From an uncultured Verrucomicrobiota bacterium (lineage in GTDB: Bacteria > Verrucomicrobiota > Kiritimatiellia > RFP12 > UBA3636): 64,000 bases of DNA. Position 1 is the first letter of the stretch, and the number at the start of each line of letters is the position of its first letter. Location of the stretch: positions 302 to 64,301 of the forward strand of contig CASEAR010000117.1 in assembly GCA_949285835.1 (NCBI GenBank), read 5' to 3'. Both the position numbers and the translations under genes were made by a program. Below the pieces are notes generated by a model. It was given only the letters and a program-made list of their open reading frames with translations. It had not been told where the DNA came from and ran no database searches. This document shows, in pieces, positions 18,624 through 28,991 of this stretch.

Positions 18624-21600
18624 TACCTCTGCTGGATAATTTTGCCCCGGGATGCGTATCCGGTGAGAAACTCTCCGGGCTGCTGTTCCCGCACGCCGGA
18701 CGCTACTCCATCCCCGACGTCCCCGGAGCCGGCGGCGCGTTCCTGTGCGCGGCGACGCTTTCCGTCCCGGGAGCTTCGTGCCTTGTCGCCGTGCTCCCGG
18801 GGCCAAACGAACTGAATTCGTTTCTCGCAGACACAGACTGTTTTATGCCGGACGCCGTATACGCTTTCCCCATGACGAACCCGGCAGGCGACGATCCCCG
18901 ATCCGTCGCCATGTGCCTGAATACGGCGGAAAAACTCGTAAATGGTTCCGACCGCCCGTTCCTTGTGGCGACTTGCGTTCATGCTCTTGCCAGACCTCTT
19001 CCGGACACAGGCCTGACAGAGGAATTGTCGCTGAAACTCCGCACCGGCAAAGATATGGATCCGGCCGACCTCATCGATTGGCTGTCCGATTCCGGTTACC
19101 GCCGCGGCGAAGAAGTGTATGAACGGATCATGTTCGCTGTCAAGGGAGGAATCGTCGACGTATGGCCTTCCGCCGCGGACGGCCCCGTGCGCATCGAATT
19201 CTTCGGCGACACCGTCGAATCAATACGTCTGTTCGATACCGCCACCCAGCGCTCCGTACGCAAAATCAATGAAATCTCACTGACGCCGGCAGTTATACCA
19301 GATGAAAAGAAAATCCGCTTTGCCGATGCAGTTCCGTCCGGCGCGGCAGTCTTGTGGATCGATTACTGGGCCGGATCCGACTCCATAAGGGCTAATTCGG
19401 TCTGCCCGGAAGCTTCGGGTGCATGCGAAACGCTGGAGCGCCGGAACGACCTCACGCAGATATTCTGCGGGGATCCGCCGCCCGCCGGGGCGGCGTCGCT
19501 GCCGCAGCTGATCTTTGAAACACCGTTTCCAAACGCAGGGGAACGCATACCGGATCTGGACGTTGTCGTATCCAGACGGACAAAACTGCTCCGGGAATTG
19601 TCAGAAAAGGCAAAGCGCGGCGAAATTATCGTGAATATCTGCCTGGACACATCCGGTTCCGCCGATCATTTCAAGGCCGAAGCCGGCCCAGGAACGCCGC
19701 TCCATGTACACCTTGCGCCTGTTTCGGGCGGATTCGTGTTTAAGCCGCCGGGTAAGCCCGACGTAGTTTTTCTGTCTCAGGCAGAACTCTACGGAAGTGC
19801 AAAGCGCTCGAGAACGCGTCTTCGCGACCGCCCGGGCACTCTCGATATCACGATCCCGGACGCAGTCTCCCCCACAGACGCTTTCGCTCCGTTCACCCTG
19901 GAACATATCGAACCGGGAGATCTGGTTGTACATGCCGAACACGGCATCGGAAAATACGTCGGGATGTCGGAAATGATTTTCGACGGGAAACGCTCCGAAG
20001 TCATCTGCATAGAATATGCCGGACATTCCAAACTCTACGTCCCCCCGTCCAAAGCGCATCTTGTCTCCAGATACACCGGCACGGAAAACACTCCGGTCAA
20101 ACCCCATTCCCTCGGCGGCAAACGCTGGAACGCCGAGAAGGAATCCGCCGCCGCCGCCATCAGGGATCTGGCGGCGCAGATGCTCCGTACGCAGGCGATC
20201 CGTATGAACACCCCCGGATTCGCATTTTCCAGAGAAACGCCGTGGCTTTCGGACTTCGAGGCGTCTTTCCCCCATACGGAGACCGAGGGGCAGCTTGAGT
20301 GCATCGCCCGAGTCAAAGAGGACATGATATCTTCTCACCCGATGGACCGGCTCATATGCGGCGACGCCGGTTACGGCAAAACCGAAATCGCAATGCGTGC
20401 GGCGTTCATCTGCGCAATGCAGGGAAAACAGGTCGCTGTTCTCGCCCCGACGACGGTCCTGGCGCAGCAACATTACGAAACATTCAGGGAACGGATGGCG
20501 GAATACCCTTTGAACATAGCCGTACACTCGCGTTTCTGCTCTCAGGCGGAGAGGAAGCGCACCATCGACGGAATGGCTGACGGCTCCGTGGATATCGTCA
20601 TAGGCACGCACGGCATCCTCCGTCCGGACGTTGTCTTCAAAGATCTCGGCCTCGTCATAATAGACGAAGAACAGCGCTTCGGCGTACGGGACAAGGAACA
20701 TTTCAAATCCGTCAGAGCCCTCGTCGACGTGCTGACTCTGTCCGCCACCCCTATCCCCCGGACCCTGTATCTGGGATTGACCGGGGCGCGCGATTTGAGC
20801 GTATTGAAAACGCCGCCGCGCGAACGCGTCGCCACAGAAACAAAAATCGTAAGAAGGACAGACCGAGTCATCGTGAACGCCGTGCGCACAGAGCTCGAGC
20901 GGGGCGGTCAAGTCTTCTACCTGCACAACAGGGTCATGTCTATGGAACTCGTATTCCGCCACCTTTCGGATATCCTTCCGGAAGCCCGGATATGCATGGC
21001 TCACGGGAAAATGCCGCCGACGCAAATCGAGAAGATAACTCACGATTTTGCAAATGGAAAATACGACGTCCTCGTATCCACCACAATTATCGAAAACGGC
21101 ATCGACATACCGCGCGCCAACACGATAATCATATACCGCGCGGACAGGTTCGGCATTTCAGACCTATACCAGCTGCGCGGCAGAGTTGGCCGAGGAGCCG
21201 TAAAAGCATTCGCCTTCCTCATGATCCCGGACGGCGGCATCATAGACTCCGATGCGCGCAAAAGTCTGGCCGCCCTGAGGCAGAATTCCGACCTTGGAGC
21301 CGGACTGAACCTCGCTATGCGCGACCTCGGAATACGCGGAGCCGGAAATTTACTCGGGGCCGAACAGAGCGGACACATCGCGGCCATAGGCTTCAGCCTC
21401 TACTGTCAGCTTCTCAGGGCGGCCGTCGCAAAAATGAGCGGCCAGGCGCCTCCGCTCATCGTGGATGTGGACGTCAATCTGCCGTTCCTCGACATGAGCC
21501 CGTCGTCGGCCAATGCGCAGAACGGCGCGTCACTCCCATACCGGTATATCGACGAAGATTCCCGCAGGATAGCTTTCCACAGGCGTCTGGCGGAATGTTC

Positions 21601-21886
21601 CTCCGAAAAAGAACTCGAAGACCTGTACGGCGACATCACAGACCGATTCGGCAAAATGCCGGACCAGACGCGCCGGCTGTTCGATGTAATGCGCTGCCGC
21701 ATATTGTCGGCAATGCGCGGCATAACGCGCATTGATATGCGAGAACACGAACTCTGCATATACATAAACCGCATACCATACCGGCTTCCAAATGGGAAAC
21801 TTCCCCGCCCAGCAGGAAAAACCGCAGACGAACTCCTGCGCTCCATCACCAACATCATCCGATCCTTCCCCGCTTCCCGTGAATAA
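18620..21886 (+). CDS. mfd: transcription-repair coupling factor Mfd
   Basis: UvrB-homology N-terminus, RNAP-interaction domain, superfamily-2 helicase motifs (GDAGYGKTEIAMRAA, DEEQRFGV, TATPIPRTL) and a TRCF C-terminal domain. ATG at 18620 overlaps the rarA stop (ATGA). The track ORF uses an upstream GTG at 18584. Confidence 0.95.
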   Translation: MIPLLDNFAPGCVSGEKLSGLLFPHAGRYSIPDVPGAGGAFLCAATLSVPGASCLVAVLPGPNELNSFLADTDCFMPDAVYAFPMTNPAGDDPRSVAMCLNTAEKLVNGSDRPFLVATCVHALARPLPDTGLTEELSLKLRTGKDMDPADLIDWLSDSGYRRGEEVYERIMFAVKGGIVDVWPSAADGPVRIEFFGDTVESIRLFDTATQRSVRKINEISLTPAVIPDEKKIRFADAVPSGAAVLWIDYWAGSDSIRANSVCPEASGACETLERRNDLTQIFCGDPPPAGAASLPQLIFETPFPNAGERIPDLDVVVSRRTKLLRELSEKAKRGEIIVNICLDTSGSADHFKAEAGPGTPLHVHLAPVSGGFVFKPPGKPDVVFLSQAELYGSAKRSRTRLRDRPGTLDITIPDAVSPTDAFAPFTLEHIEPGDLVVHAEHGIGKYVGMSEMIFDGKRSEVICIEYAGHSKLYVPPSKAHLVSRYTGTENTPVKPHSLGGKRWNAEKESAAAAIRDLAAQMLRTQAIRMNTPGFAFSRETPWLSDFEASFPHTETEGQLECIARVKEDMISSHPMDRLICGDAGYGKTEIAMRAAFICAMQGKQVAVLAPTTVLAQQHYETFRERMAEYPLNIAVHSRFCSQAERKRTIDGMADGSVDIVIGTHGILRPDVVFKDLGLVIIDEEQRFGVRDKEHFKSVRALVDVLTLSATPIPRTLYLGLTGARDLSVLKTPPRERVATETKIVRRTDRVIVNAVRTELERGGQVFYLHNRVMSMELVFRHLSDILPEARICMAHGKMPPTQIEKITHDFANGKYDVLVSTTIIENGIDIPRANTIIIYRADRFGISDLYQLRGRVGRGAVKAFAFLMIPDGGIIDSDARKSLAALRQNSDLGAGLNLAMRDLGIRGAGNLLGAEQSGHIAAIGFSLYCQLLRAAVAKMSGQAPPLIVDVDVNLPFLDMSPSSANAQNGASLPYRYIDEDSRRIAFHRRLAECSSEKELEDLYGDITDRFGKMPDQTRRLFDVMRCRILSAMRGITRIDMREHELCIYINRIPYRLPNGKLPRPAGKTADELLRSITNIIRSFPASRE

Positions 21887-21908
21887 CACCCAACACGACA
21901 GGACATAC

Positions 21909-22658
21909 ATGGATAATCTCACTCTGGTCAAATGGTCTCTGCTGCTCATGTCAGCGTTTATACAAGGTTTGTCCAAAGGCGGCATACCGGGAATTGCCAT
22001 TCTTGCCATCCCGGTTGTCGCACTTATAGTTCCCGGCAAGGAAGCCACCGGGCTTATTCTCCCGATGCTGATCGCCGGAGACGTCATGGCTCTGGCAATC
22101 TGGAGGAAAAACTGCGACCGCAAATCCCTTCTCAGAGCGCTCCCGTGGGCCGTCGCCGGTATCCTGACGGGATGGTACGCCCTCGAACACATATCCGACA
22201 CGTATATGAATCCGCTCATCGGCGCCATAATCCTCGCGATCCTGCTTCTCCAGCGCCAAGAGAAGAAACTCGGGGGGAAAGCGGTGTCCGGAGGCCGAGT
22301 TTTTCCGGCATTCATGGGTTTTCTGGGCGGCATAACAACTATGCTCGCCAACGCGGCCGGCCCTGTAATTTCCGCATATCTGCTCTCGATGCGACTTCCC
22401 AAAAACCTTTTCATGGGGACGTGCGCATGGTTCTTCTTTATCATCAACTGGATAAAGGTTCCGTTCATGGTCGACTTGAACATGATCACTCCCGCAAGCC
22501 TCTCCGTAAACGCCAGAATGCTCCCCGCGCTTATCGCCGGCGTCGCCGCCGGAGCGCTTTTTGCGAAGAAGATAAACCAAAAGGTTTTCACCGCCATAGT
22601 CACCTTCCTCACATTCATCGCCGGCGTACGCCTCATCCTGACAGCCTTCGGAATATGA
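21909..22658 (+). CDS. TSUP (TauE/SafE, DUF81) family membrane transporter
   Basis: 8 TM helices with repeated G.GGG/LP.L motifs (GLSKGGIPGIAILAIPV...GFLGGITTMLANAAGPV). ATG at 21909 lies within track ORF 21792. Confidence 0.7.
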   Translation: MDNLTLVKWSLLLMSAFIQGLSKGGIPGIAILAIPVVALIVPGKEATGLILPMLIAGDVMALAIWRKNCDRKSLLRALPWAVAGILTGWYALEHISDTYMNPLIGAIILAILLLQRQEKKLGGKAVSGGRVFPAFMGFLGGITTMLANAAGPVISAYLLSMRLPKNLFMGTCAWFFFIINWIKVPFMVDLNMITPASLSVNARMLPALIAGVAAGALFAKKINQKVFTAIVTFLTFIAGVRLILTAFGI

Positions 22659-23236
22659 CGCATCCCCGGCAATCCGCTCCGTAATATGCGTGCAGCGCAG
22701 GTCACGACATATCCCTAATGAAATTCCCGATGCCGCGGCGCGGTCATGCACTCTGACACGCTGACCGGCCGAACAAAATCAGAGAAGCCGCCGGTTTCAA
22801 ACCGGATAACGTAAATTTCCCGGTACTGCGCCGCAGTGAAAACCGCATAACAAAACGAAATCCCTCCGGACACGGCTGCAATACAAGCGCAAATGCACGC
22901 GGCTGCAATACAGACGCGCAAGTGCATGTGTCCGGCTGTGAGGGAGCGCAAGACTGAACCGCCGCCTCGCAATCGCCGGGCTTGACGCGTCGCGCAGCGT
23001 TAAAGCTCAGCCCGCGGCACGCGCGCAGCGTCCGCAGCCGGACACCCGGAACTAACGCGAAGTGAAAAAGTCTGTGAGAACCGCGCGTCCACCCGAAACG
23101 CAATCTCCGATTCCGGAATACCCGGGCTTCCAGCGGCCTGGCATAAAGCGCCCTCCGCCCCAAAAAAGCAGCACGTGACATTCCCGGAAGAGAACGTCAC
23201 GCACATAGGATTCCGCACACGAAGCGGATGCCGCAA

Positions 23237-26200
23237 CTACGGCACGAGAATCAGCCTGCCCCATCCGGACCGGTCGCTGGAGTTGCGGGCTCCGCCGTTC
23301 CACATGAGCTGTGTGTGCCGCTGCGTGTTCATGTCCGCATTGTCTATCCCAATGTCAAACAGAATCTCATCGCCGGCTTTCGGCTTGATTCCAAGAAAAC
23401 TCCATGGGATCGCGGCTTCCAGCACGTACCCGTCTCCGGACGTGTTCTCAGACGCCGACAACTTTATGTTCGGCTGTTTCGGAACATTCGGGACAAAAAA
23501 CTCTGGAGTCCTGCCCGCGCCGAGAAGAATCTGCCTATCCGAGAACAACATCGGGCCGGGAACATCGATTTTTTCCGTTCCCAGGAACAATTCGACGCAA
23601 TCGCCGTTCCAGATGGATTTCCCGCTTTGTCCGTTGCACATCGGGGTACGATCCGTTACAGACACGTGAATGTAGAGCGACTCGTCGTCCCATGCCGTCT
23701 TGAAGGAAGCTTCCAAGCCATCGGCCGATTTGCCGGAAACTATCCTGTCTGCGCCAATCCTTTCCGGCGGGCGGAGAGGATATCCATCCTGGCGTCCGTC
23801 CACTTCCATCTTGCCCACAGGACGTCCTGCGGAAACTTTCTTCACCCCGCCCGTTCCTCCGGAAACGAACCTCGGATCGTCTATCGCATACGGCTTCGCT
23901 CCGCACAGCCAGACTCCGTAAACGCCCGCGTTCGTTTTCAGCATCTCGTCGATCATATCCGCGTACGGCCTGTCGGCAACGCTGAACAATCCTGTATTGT
24001 TGCGCTCTCCGTTCATTCCTTCGAAGAATCTGCCCGTGGCGGCCTGGTCTATAAGCGTGAACCACTCCACGCCGACGACAAACCCCGTTGCCGCCGCATT
24101 TTCGACGTAGTTCCTGTACGCCTTTCCGCGCTCCCGCTGAGTCTTCATATCCAAACCGGACGGTCCTGCGTTGCTCTCCGCGGCGGACGTGTAGTAAAAC
24201 TCGCTCCAGAACTGCGGTCTGCCTCCGGTCCACCTGTAAATCCGGCCGATGAACTCGTTGTCCACGGCCATCGTGTAGTAATTCACGCTTATTACGTCCA
24301 TGTACTTTCCGGCCACCCGGCACAATATCTCATTGTTCGCGGTTCCCGGCTGCCACCTGTTGCCGATAAGCATGTGATTTGGATCGTATTTCCTGAAAGT
24401 CTCCGTGATCACGGAGTAGTACTTGTCCAGAAAGAACTCCGTAAACCCGGTCATGTCGGCAAAAGCTTCCCGCGTGCTGACCGGGAGCGCGGTTTTCTCC
24501 AATTCATCAAATGAAGATGCGCTTGTCCCCCATGCCCGATTCACCGAAGCAATATCGCCGTACTTCTCCTTCAATTTTTCAACCAGCTTGCGCTTGCACG
24601 CATAAGACCCGTCAAGAGCCGGGATCGCGCGCGGAATGTCCTCAAGACCCTGCTCATTGGCAAGGAAGTACCCGATGAGAAGAGGATCCTCCGCGTTCTT
24701 CGCCACCCCGCCGCTCATGGCTTTGTCAATCTCAGCCGGAGTCGCGGGATCAAACGGATCGAACATGCCGCGCACAGTCGGAATATTCCTGACTTTTCCA
24801 TAGGAAAGCGACCTTACATACGGGAAGGAAAGCTCCTTCACCGCCTCCGGCACGGGAGAAAACGCGCCGACGGAATTGAAGCCGAACGAACGGACCCTGC
24901 CGACCATGCGCTCAGCTTCGGCGTTGTCGTAAAACGAACCGCGCTTCCTCACCACATTGGCTTTGTAGAAAGACACGGCGCGCGTGTTCCACCAGTCTCC
25001 CGGCTTGTCCTTCCAGGCAGAAAGGAAAGCGCCGTTCCTCGGCGGAAGCCATTCGAACGCGCCCTCCCTCCCGGAAATATCGGTAAAATCGTCGCTCGGA
25101 GCAAATCCGCAGATTCCAAGATGGAAAAACGGAAGCCCTTCCGGATCGACAAGTATCCACACTTCTTTTCCGTTCAGAAGATGTTTTTCAACATGGAAAA
25201 ACCCGGTCTTCTTCAAATCAGGAAGGCCGGCGATACCCGTGCGGCCGCCGTATCTGCCGAATGCCGCACCGCCGGAAAGTTTGCTGAACTCTCCGGCCAG
25301 CTTAGAATAATATTCGTCCTCACCGGCGGCATCGGCCTTCAATTCCGATTCTTCCGCTATTTTTCCGGGAAACGTCTTTGCCGTCTGCCCGAACTCATCC
25401 AGCAGCTTGACCTGTTTGTACCCGGTGTTGTCCAGAGCAAACTTCATTTCCATCTCCTGTCTTGCGCTGTTATATGGTACTGAGAACGAAGTCCAGAAGA
25501 TATTCCATCCCCATTCCCTGTTGTCCTGCACCTCGACATATGTGTCCGGAGGAAGGTCAAACACCAGTTTGGAGCCATTGGCATCTGCTAGGCCGAATCT
25601 GCGCCCGTGCCCTTGAAATACTTTGCCCCTTTCCGCCTTGTTCTGGGGGAACCCGCCCCCGTTGGAATCGACTTCCCAGCTGCCGCCGTCTCTGTAGCTG
25701 AACGGGACGAACATGCCGTGAAGCCATCCAGTCATTCCTTCCGGCGCCTTGACAAATTTCAGCTTAACGGAACCTGACCCCAGCGACGCATTCAGCACCC
25801 CCCCGCCTGAGTATTTTATCGTGGCGGAAGAGCCGTTCACCTCGGCGTCAAGCGGTTTTATGCGCCCGCCAGACCCCGATATCATTATTTCCGGGTATGA
25901 AAACGTGAACTTGCCCATGCCTCCCGCGTCAAAGACCACTCCGCTTCCTGACAAATGCGCGCTGAGCGACGGCACATTGCTCTTTGCCCCTGCGCCCGGG
26001 GAAGCATAAAGCTCTTTTTCCGCCCTCTTCGTTATGCCGTCAAGCGCGTCCGGCTTGCTGTCGAAAGATACCGTCACGAACCTCTTGTCCTTGTTAAACG
26101 GAGTCGTAACGCTCAGCCCGAACGTGTTCCAATTCCACTCACGATAGTCCTGAAGTTCCACCCATGCAAAGCTTTCCGGGAATCTCAAACATATCCTTCC

Positions 26201-26683
26201 CGTGGACTTTCCGTAAAACTCCACATCGTTACCGTGCCCCTGAAACAGCTTCGGCCCGCCGTTCTTTTCTGGGAAGCCGCCTTCTCTGCCGCCTATGCGC
26301 CATGTGCCGCCGTCATGAAAATTCAGCGGTACAAGCGTATCAAACCTGTAACTCTTGACGATACCGTCCGCTCCGGAAAAAGATACCGCAAAATACCCGT
26401 CGCAGACCGACACCCTGGCGGAAACCCCGGAAGGATAAACGAGTTCCGCTATAAGCTTTCCGTCCACGGATGTTTTTTTCACGCTCTCCGGCTTAACGTC
26501 ATTTTTCCCGCCGGAATATGCAAGCAGCGGATACGACACAGTCAGACCGCTGCTGCCGCCGGTCGAGATGCAGACTCCCCCGTCGGACAGCTCAGCCGAC
26601 GAACCCGCGCCGTATACACCCGACGGCGCCGCCCAAACCGCGATGCCAAGTAAAAAAACGGCGGCCGCATTTAGATTCTTCAT
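23237..26683 (-). CDS. large secreted glycoside-hydrolase-like protein with duplicated N-terminal beta-sandwich modules, TIM-barrel-like catalytic region and C-terminal CBM9-like domain
   Basis: Signal peptide MKNLNAAAVFLLGIAVWAAPSGVYG. Two ~150-aa internal repeats (...GG.W.....GGFP......FQGHG....). C-terminal motifs AWDDESLYIHVSVTD..., ..ELFLG.., ..GYVLEAAIPW match CBM9. Confidence 0.6.
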   Translation of the reverse strand: MKNLNAAAVFLLGIAVWAAPSGVYGAGSSAELSDGGVCISTGGSSGLTVSYPLLAYSGGKNDVKPESVKKTSVDGKLIAELVYPSGVSARVSVCDGYFAVSFSGADGIVKSYRFDTLVPLNFHDGGTWRIGGREGGFPEKNGGPKLFQGHGNDVEFYGKSTGRICLRFPESFAWVELQDYREWNWNTFGLSVTTPFNKDKRFVTVSFDSKPDALDGITKRAEKELYASPGAGAKSNVPSLSAHLSGSGVVFDAGGMGKFTFSYPEIMISGSGGRIKPLDAEVNGSSATIKYSGGGVLNASLGSGSVKLKFVKAPEGMTGWLHGMFVPFSYRDGGSWEVDSNGGGFPQNKAERGKVFQGHGRRFGLADANGSKLVFDLPPDTYVEVQDNREWGWNIFWTSFSVPYNSARQEMEMKFALDNTGYKQVKLLDEFGQTAKTFPGKIAEESELKADAAGEDEYYSKLAGEFSKLSGGAAFGRYGGRTGIAGLPDLKKTGFFHVEKHLLNGKEVWILVDPEGLPFFHLGICGFAPSDDFTDISGREGAFEWLPPRNGAFLSAWKDKPGDWWNTRAVSFYKANVVRKRGSFYDNAEAERMVGRVRSFGFNSVGAFSPVPEAVKELSFPYVRSLSYGKVRNIPTVRGMFDPFDPATPAEIDKAMSGGVAKNAEDPLLIGYFLANEQGLEDIPRAIPALDGSYACKRKLVEKLKEKYGDIASVNRAWGTSASSFDELEKTALPVSTREAFADMTGFTEFFLDKYYSVITETFRKYDPNHMLIGNRWQPGTANNEILCRVAGKYMDVISVNYYTMAVDNEFIGRIYRWTGGRPQFWSEFYYTSAAESNAGPSGLDMKTQRERGKAYRNYVENAAATGFVVGVEWFTLIDQAATGRFFEGMNGERNNTGLFSVADRPYADMIDEMLKTNAGVYGVWLCGAKPYAIDDPRFVSGGTGGVKKVSAGRPVGKMEVDGRQDGYPLRPPERIGADRIVSGKSADGLEASFKTAWDDESLYIHVSVTDRTPMCNGQSGKSIWNGDCVELFLGTEKIDVPGPMLFSDRQILLGAGRTPEFFVPNVPKQPNIKLSASENTSGDGYVLEAAIPWSFLGIKPKAGDEILFDIGIDNADMNTQRHTQLMWNGGARNSSDRSGWGRLILVP

Positions 26684-27062
26684 CGTAAGTCTCCAGTTTT
26701 GAATTTACCTCTCGGCACTCCTGCGGCGGCATGAGACGCCTCCGCCCTCTGCGAAGCTCCATCATGAAAGCATTGTATGACCCATACCATGCAAAAGTCA
26801 ACGCGATAAACTTGAAAAAAACAACTGTAATAACGCTTTTATTTCGCCAACATCTGATAGTTCCGCACTTCCTGTGCACAACAAGCCATTTGTTGCACAG
26901 GCATCCGCACTGTACGCCGGTAAACCGGTCCGGGGCGGCTGAAATTTCAAACGCTTGCCCAAACGAACCGCATCAAACGCGAGAGCCGAATTGAGCGGAC
27001 AAACCGAATCAAAATGCGGCGGAGTCAGGTCCATGCCGTGCGGCTGCCGCCGTTTCAACCAC

Positions 27063-28991
27063 TTACCCAAGTGAACCGCATTCCCTCCGGGGATTTTGCT
27101 TTACGGCAGTTTCCAAAGACTTTTCGGCGGCGAAAATAAAAGCCCGTTCCTTTGCCCTTGTAACGGCTGTGTAAAACAAAGACCTGACGAGAAGCGGATT
27201 CGACGCATCAGGCGTAAGAACGACCAGCACATTTGAAAACTGCGAGCCCTGGCTCTTATGCACAGTTACGGCGTATGCCGGCGAAAACTTCGGCAGGCGG
27301 CTGACGGCCACGGCTTCAGGGCTTCCGCCGCAATTGAACACCGCATAGAGTTTCCCATCGTCCGTATTTCTCATCACAACGCCCATGTCGCCGTTTTTCA
27401 TCTCCGTCCCTGCGCATGACTCATCAAGGATCACAGGCATTCCAGGGAAAACATTTTTATCGGAGCCAAACCTCTGGTATGCGGGCGACATGCTCGCGAT
27501 TATGAATTCATTTATGCCCGACGCCCCGAAGAACCCGTTTCGAAGTGGCGTGAGGATCACCGCCGACGACAGCACGCCGACAGCGCTCAGCATTGCCTCA
27601 GGCGCTTCAGAAAAGGAAACGGCACACTTTTGTCTCAGTGGCCCGAAAAACCGGTGCGCCCATGAAACCACGCAGCGTCTGAGCGACAACGGGTCAGAGG
27701 CATCTGCCCCCGTCACCATATAGCATGAATTGCCGGGAACGGAATCCCACACGCCGTTTTTTTCAAACTCCGGCAGAAACGGGTCTATGAAGACAAGGTC
27801 TTCTCCGGCATCGAGGGTTCCTTCGTTTATGCGCATCGACGTCTCAAGCAGTTTCCCGGAGCTTCGATGCGTGACATCCAGCCGCACGGTGCGGCTGAAC
27901 CATGCCGGCACGTCAAGCATGCTTCCCATGACGGCTCCGGCGCTTACGCTTGGTAGCTGGCGGCTGTCCCCTATCAGTATCAGCCTGCAATCCGGACTCA
28001 GCGCAGACAAAACCGAGTCCATAAGCGAGATATCTATCATAGAAGCTTCGTCGATGATAATCGCCCGGTACGGCAGCTTGAGAGCGCCGCCGTATACGAA
28101 CGCCCCGTCTGAGACTCCCAGCAGCGAATGAATCGTGACGCCGTTCGCCGCGGAAAGCTCTTCCAGAAGCTCCATGCTTACACCTTCCGCCTTTTTGAGC
28201 TCTGTCTGCACGGACTCCTTGATGCGCCGGGCCGCACGGCCCGTCGGGGCGCACAGCGCGACTTCGCCCGCCCTGACGCCGCTCAGCACAAAAGCCCTCA
28301 AAATTGCACAAATTACAGTTGTCTTGCCGGTCCCCGGGCCGCCGGTCACGATCACGCCGCGCCCGGTCAGGGCCAGCTTCACCGCTTTTCTCTGCATCTC
28401 CGACAGTTCAAACCCGGAAAAACGCGTCGCTTCCTCCGTTATGCGTTCCGCCGCCGCCTCCCCTACGCTTTCCGGGAAGGGGCTGCACATGAGCTTCCCC
28501 AGCCCGCAGGCGAGGTTACGCTCTGCGGCAAAGCAGCGGCTGAAATACAAATACTTCGCGGAATCCGACTCCTCAACGTATGCAAGCGGGGAATTAGCGC
28601 CGCGGCAGCAGCGTTTAATCGAGCCGAATTGTGTTTCCGCCAGACTCTTCCATATGTTCCCGACTTCCTCCAGATCAGTCCCGGACACGCGTACGCCTGA
28701 GTCCGCGTTCAGGGACCGAGGCTCTGCATATGAAACGCGCTTTATCAGCCCGCTTGCCCCGTCTTCATCAAGCTTGAGCCGCGTGTCGCCCTTCCCGAAT
28801 GAAACAGAAAGCAGCGCCGTCGCGCAGAAGAATCCGTCACGCTCCTCCGGCGGCACACCGCAGATATCGCATGCATCACGCATAATCTGCAGATCGTTCA
28901 AAGAAATGTCGCCCAGTTCCGCAAGAACGTTAAGAACTCTGGAAAGCGGCTTCCCAACCCCTGGAAGAATATTTTCGCCTACATTAACCAT
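27063..28991 (-). CDS. recD: exodeoxyribonuclease V alpha subunit (RecD)
   Basis: Walker A VIVTGGPGTGKTT, helicase motif IIDEASMID, C-terminal VTVHKSQGSQF motif. ATG at 28991 overlaps the recB stop (TAATG). The track ORF extends to 29081. Confidence 0.85.
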   Translation of the reverse strand: MVNVGENILPGVGKPLSRVLNVLAELGDISLNDLQIMRDACDICGVPPEERDGFFCATALLSVSFGKGDTRLKLDEDGASGLIKRVSYAEPRSLNADSGVRVSGTDLEEVGNIWKSLAETQFGSIKRCCRGANSPLAYVEESDSAKYLYFSRCFAAERNLACGLGKLMCSPFPESVGEAAAERITEEATRFSGFELSEMQRKAVKLALTGRGVIVTGGPGTGKTTVICAILRAFVLSGVRAGEVALCAPTGRAARRIKESVQTELKKAEGVSMELLEELSAANGVTIHSLLGVSDGAFVYGGALKLPYRAIIIDEASMIDISLMDSVLSALSPDCRLILIGDSRQLPSVSAGAVMGSMLDVPAWFSRTVRLDVTHRSSGKLLETSMRINEGTLDAGEDLVFIDPFLPEFEKNGVWDSVPGNSCYMVTGADASDPLSLRRCVVSWAHRFFGPLRQKCAVSFSEAPEAMLSAVGVLSSAVILTPLRNGFFGASGINEFIIASMSPAYQRFGSDKNVFPGMPVILDESCAGTEMKNGDMGVVMRNTDDGKLYAVFNCGGSPEAVAVSRLPKFSPAYAVTVHKSQGSQFSNVLVVLTPDASNPLLVRSLFYTAVTRAKERAFIFAAEKSLETAVKQNPRRECGSLG

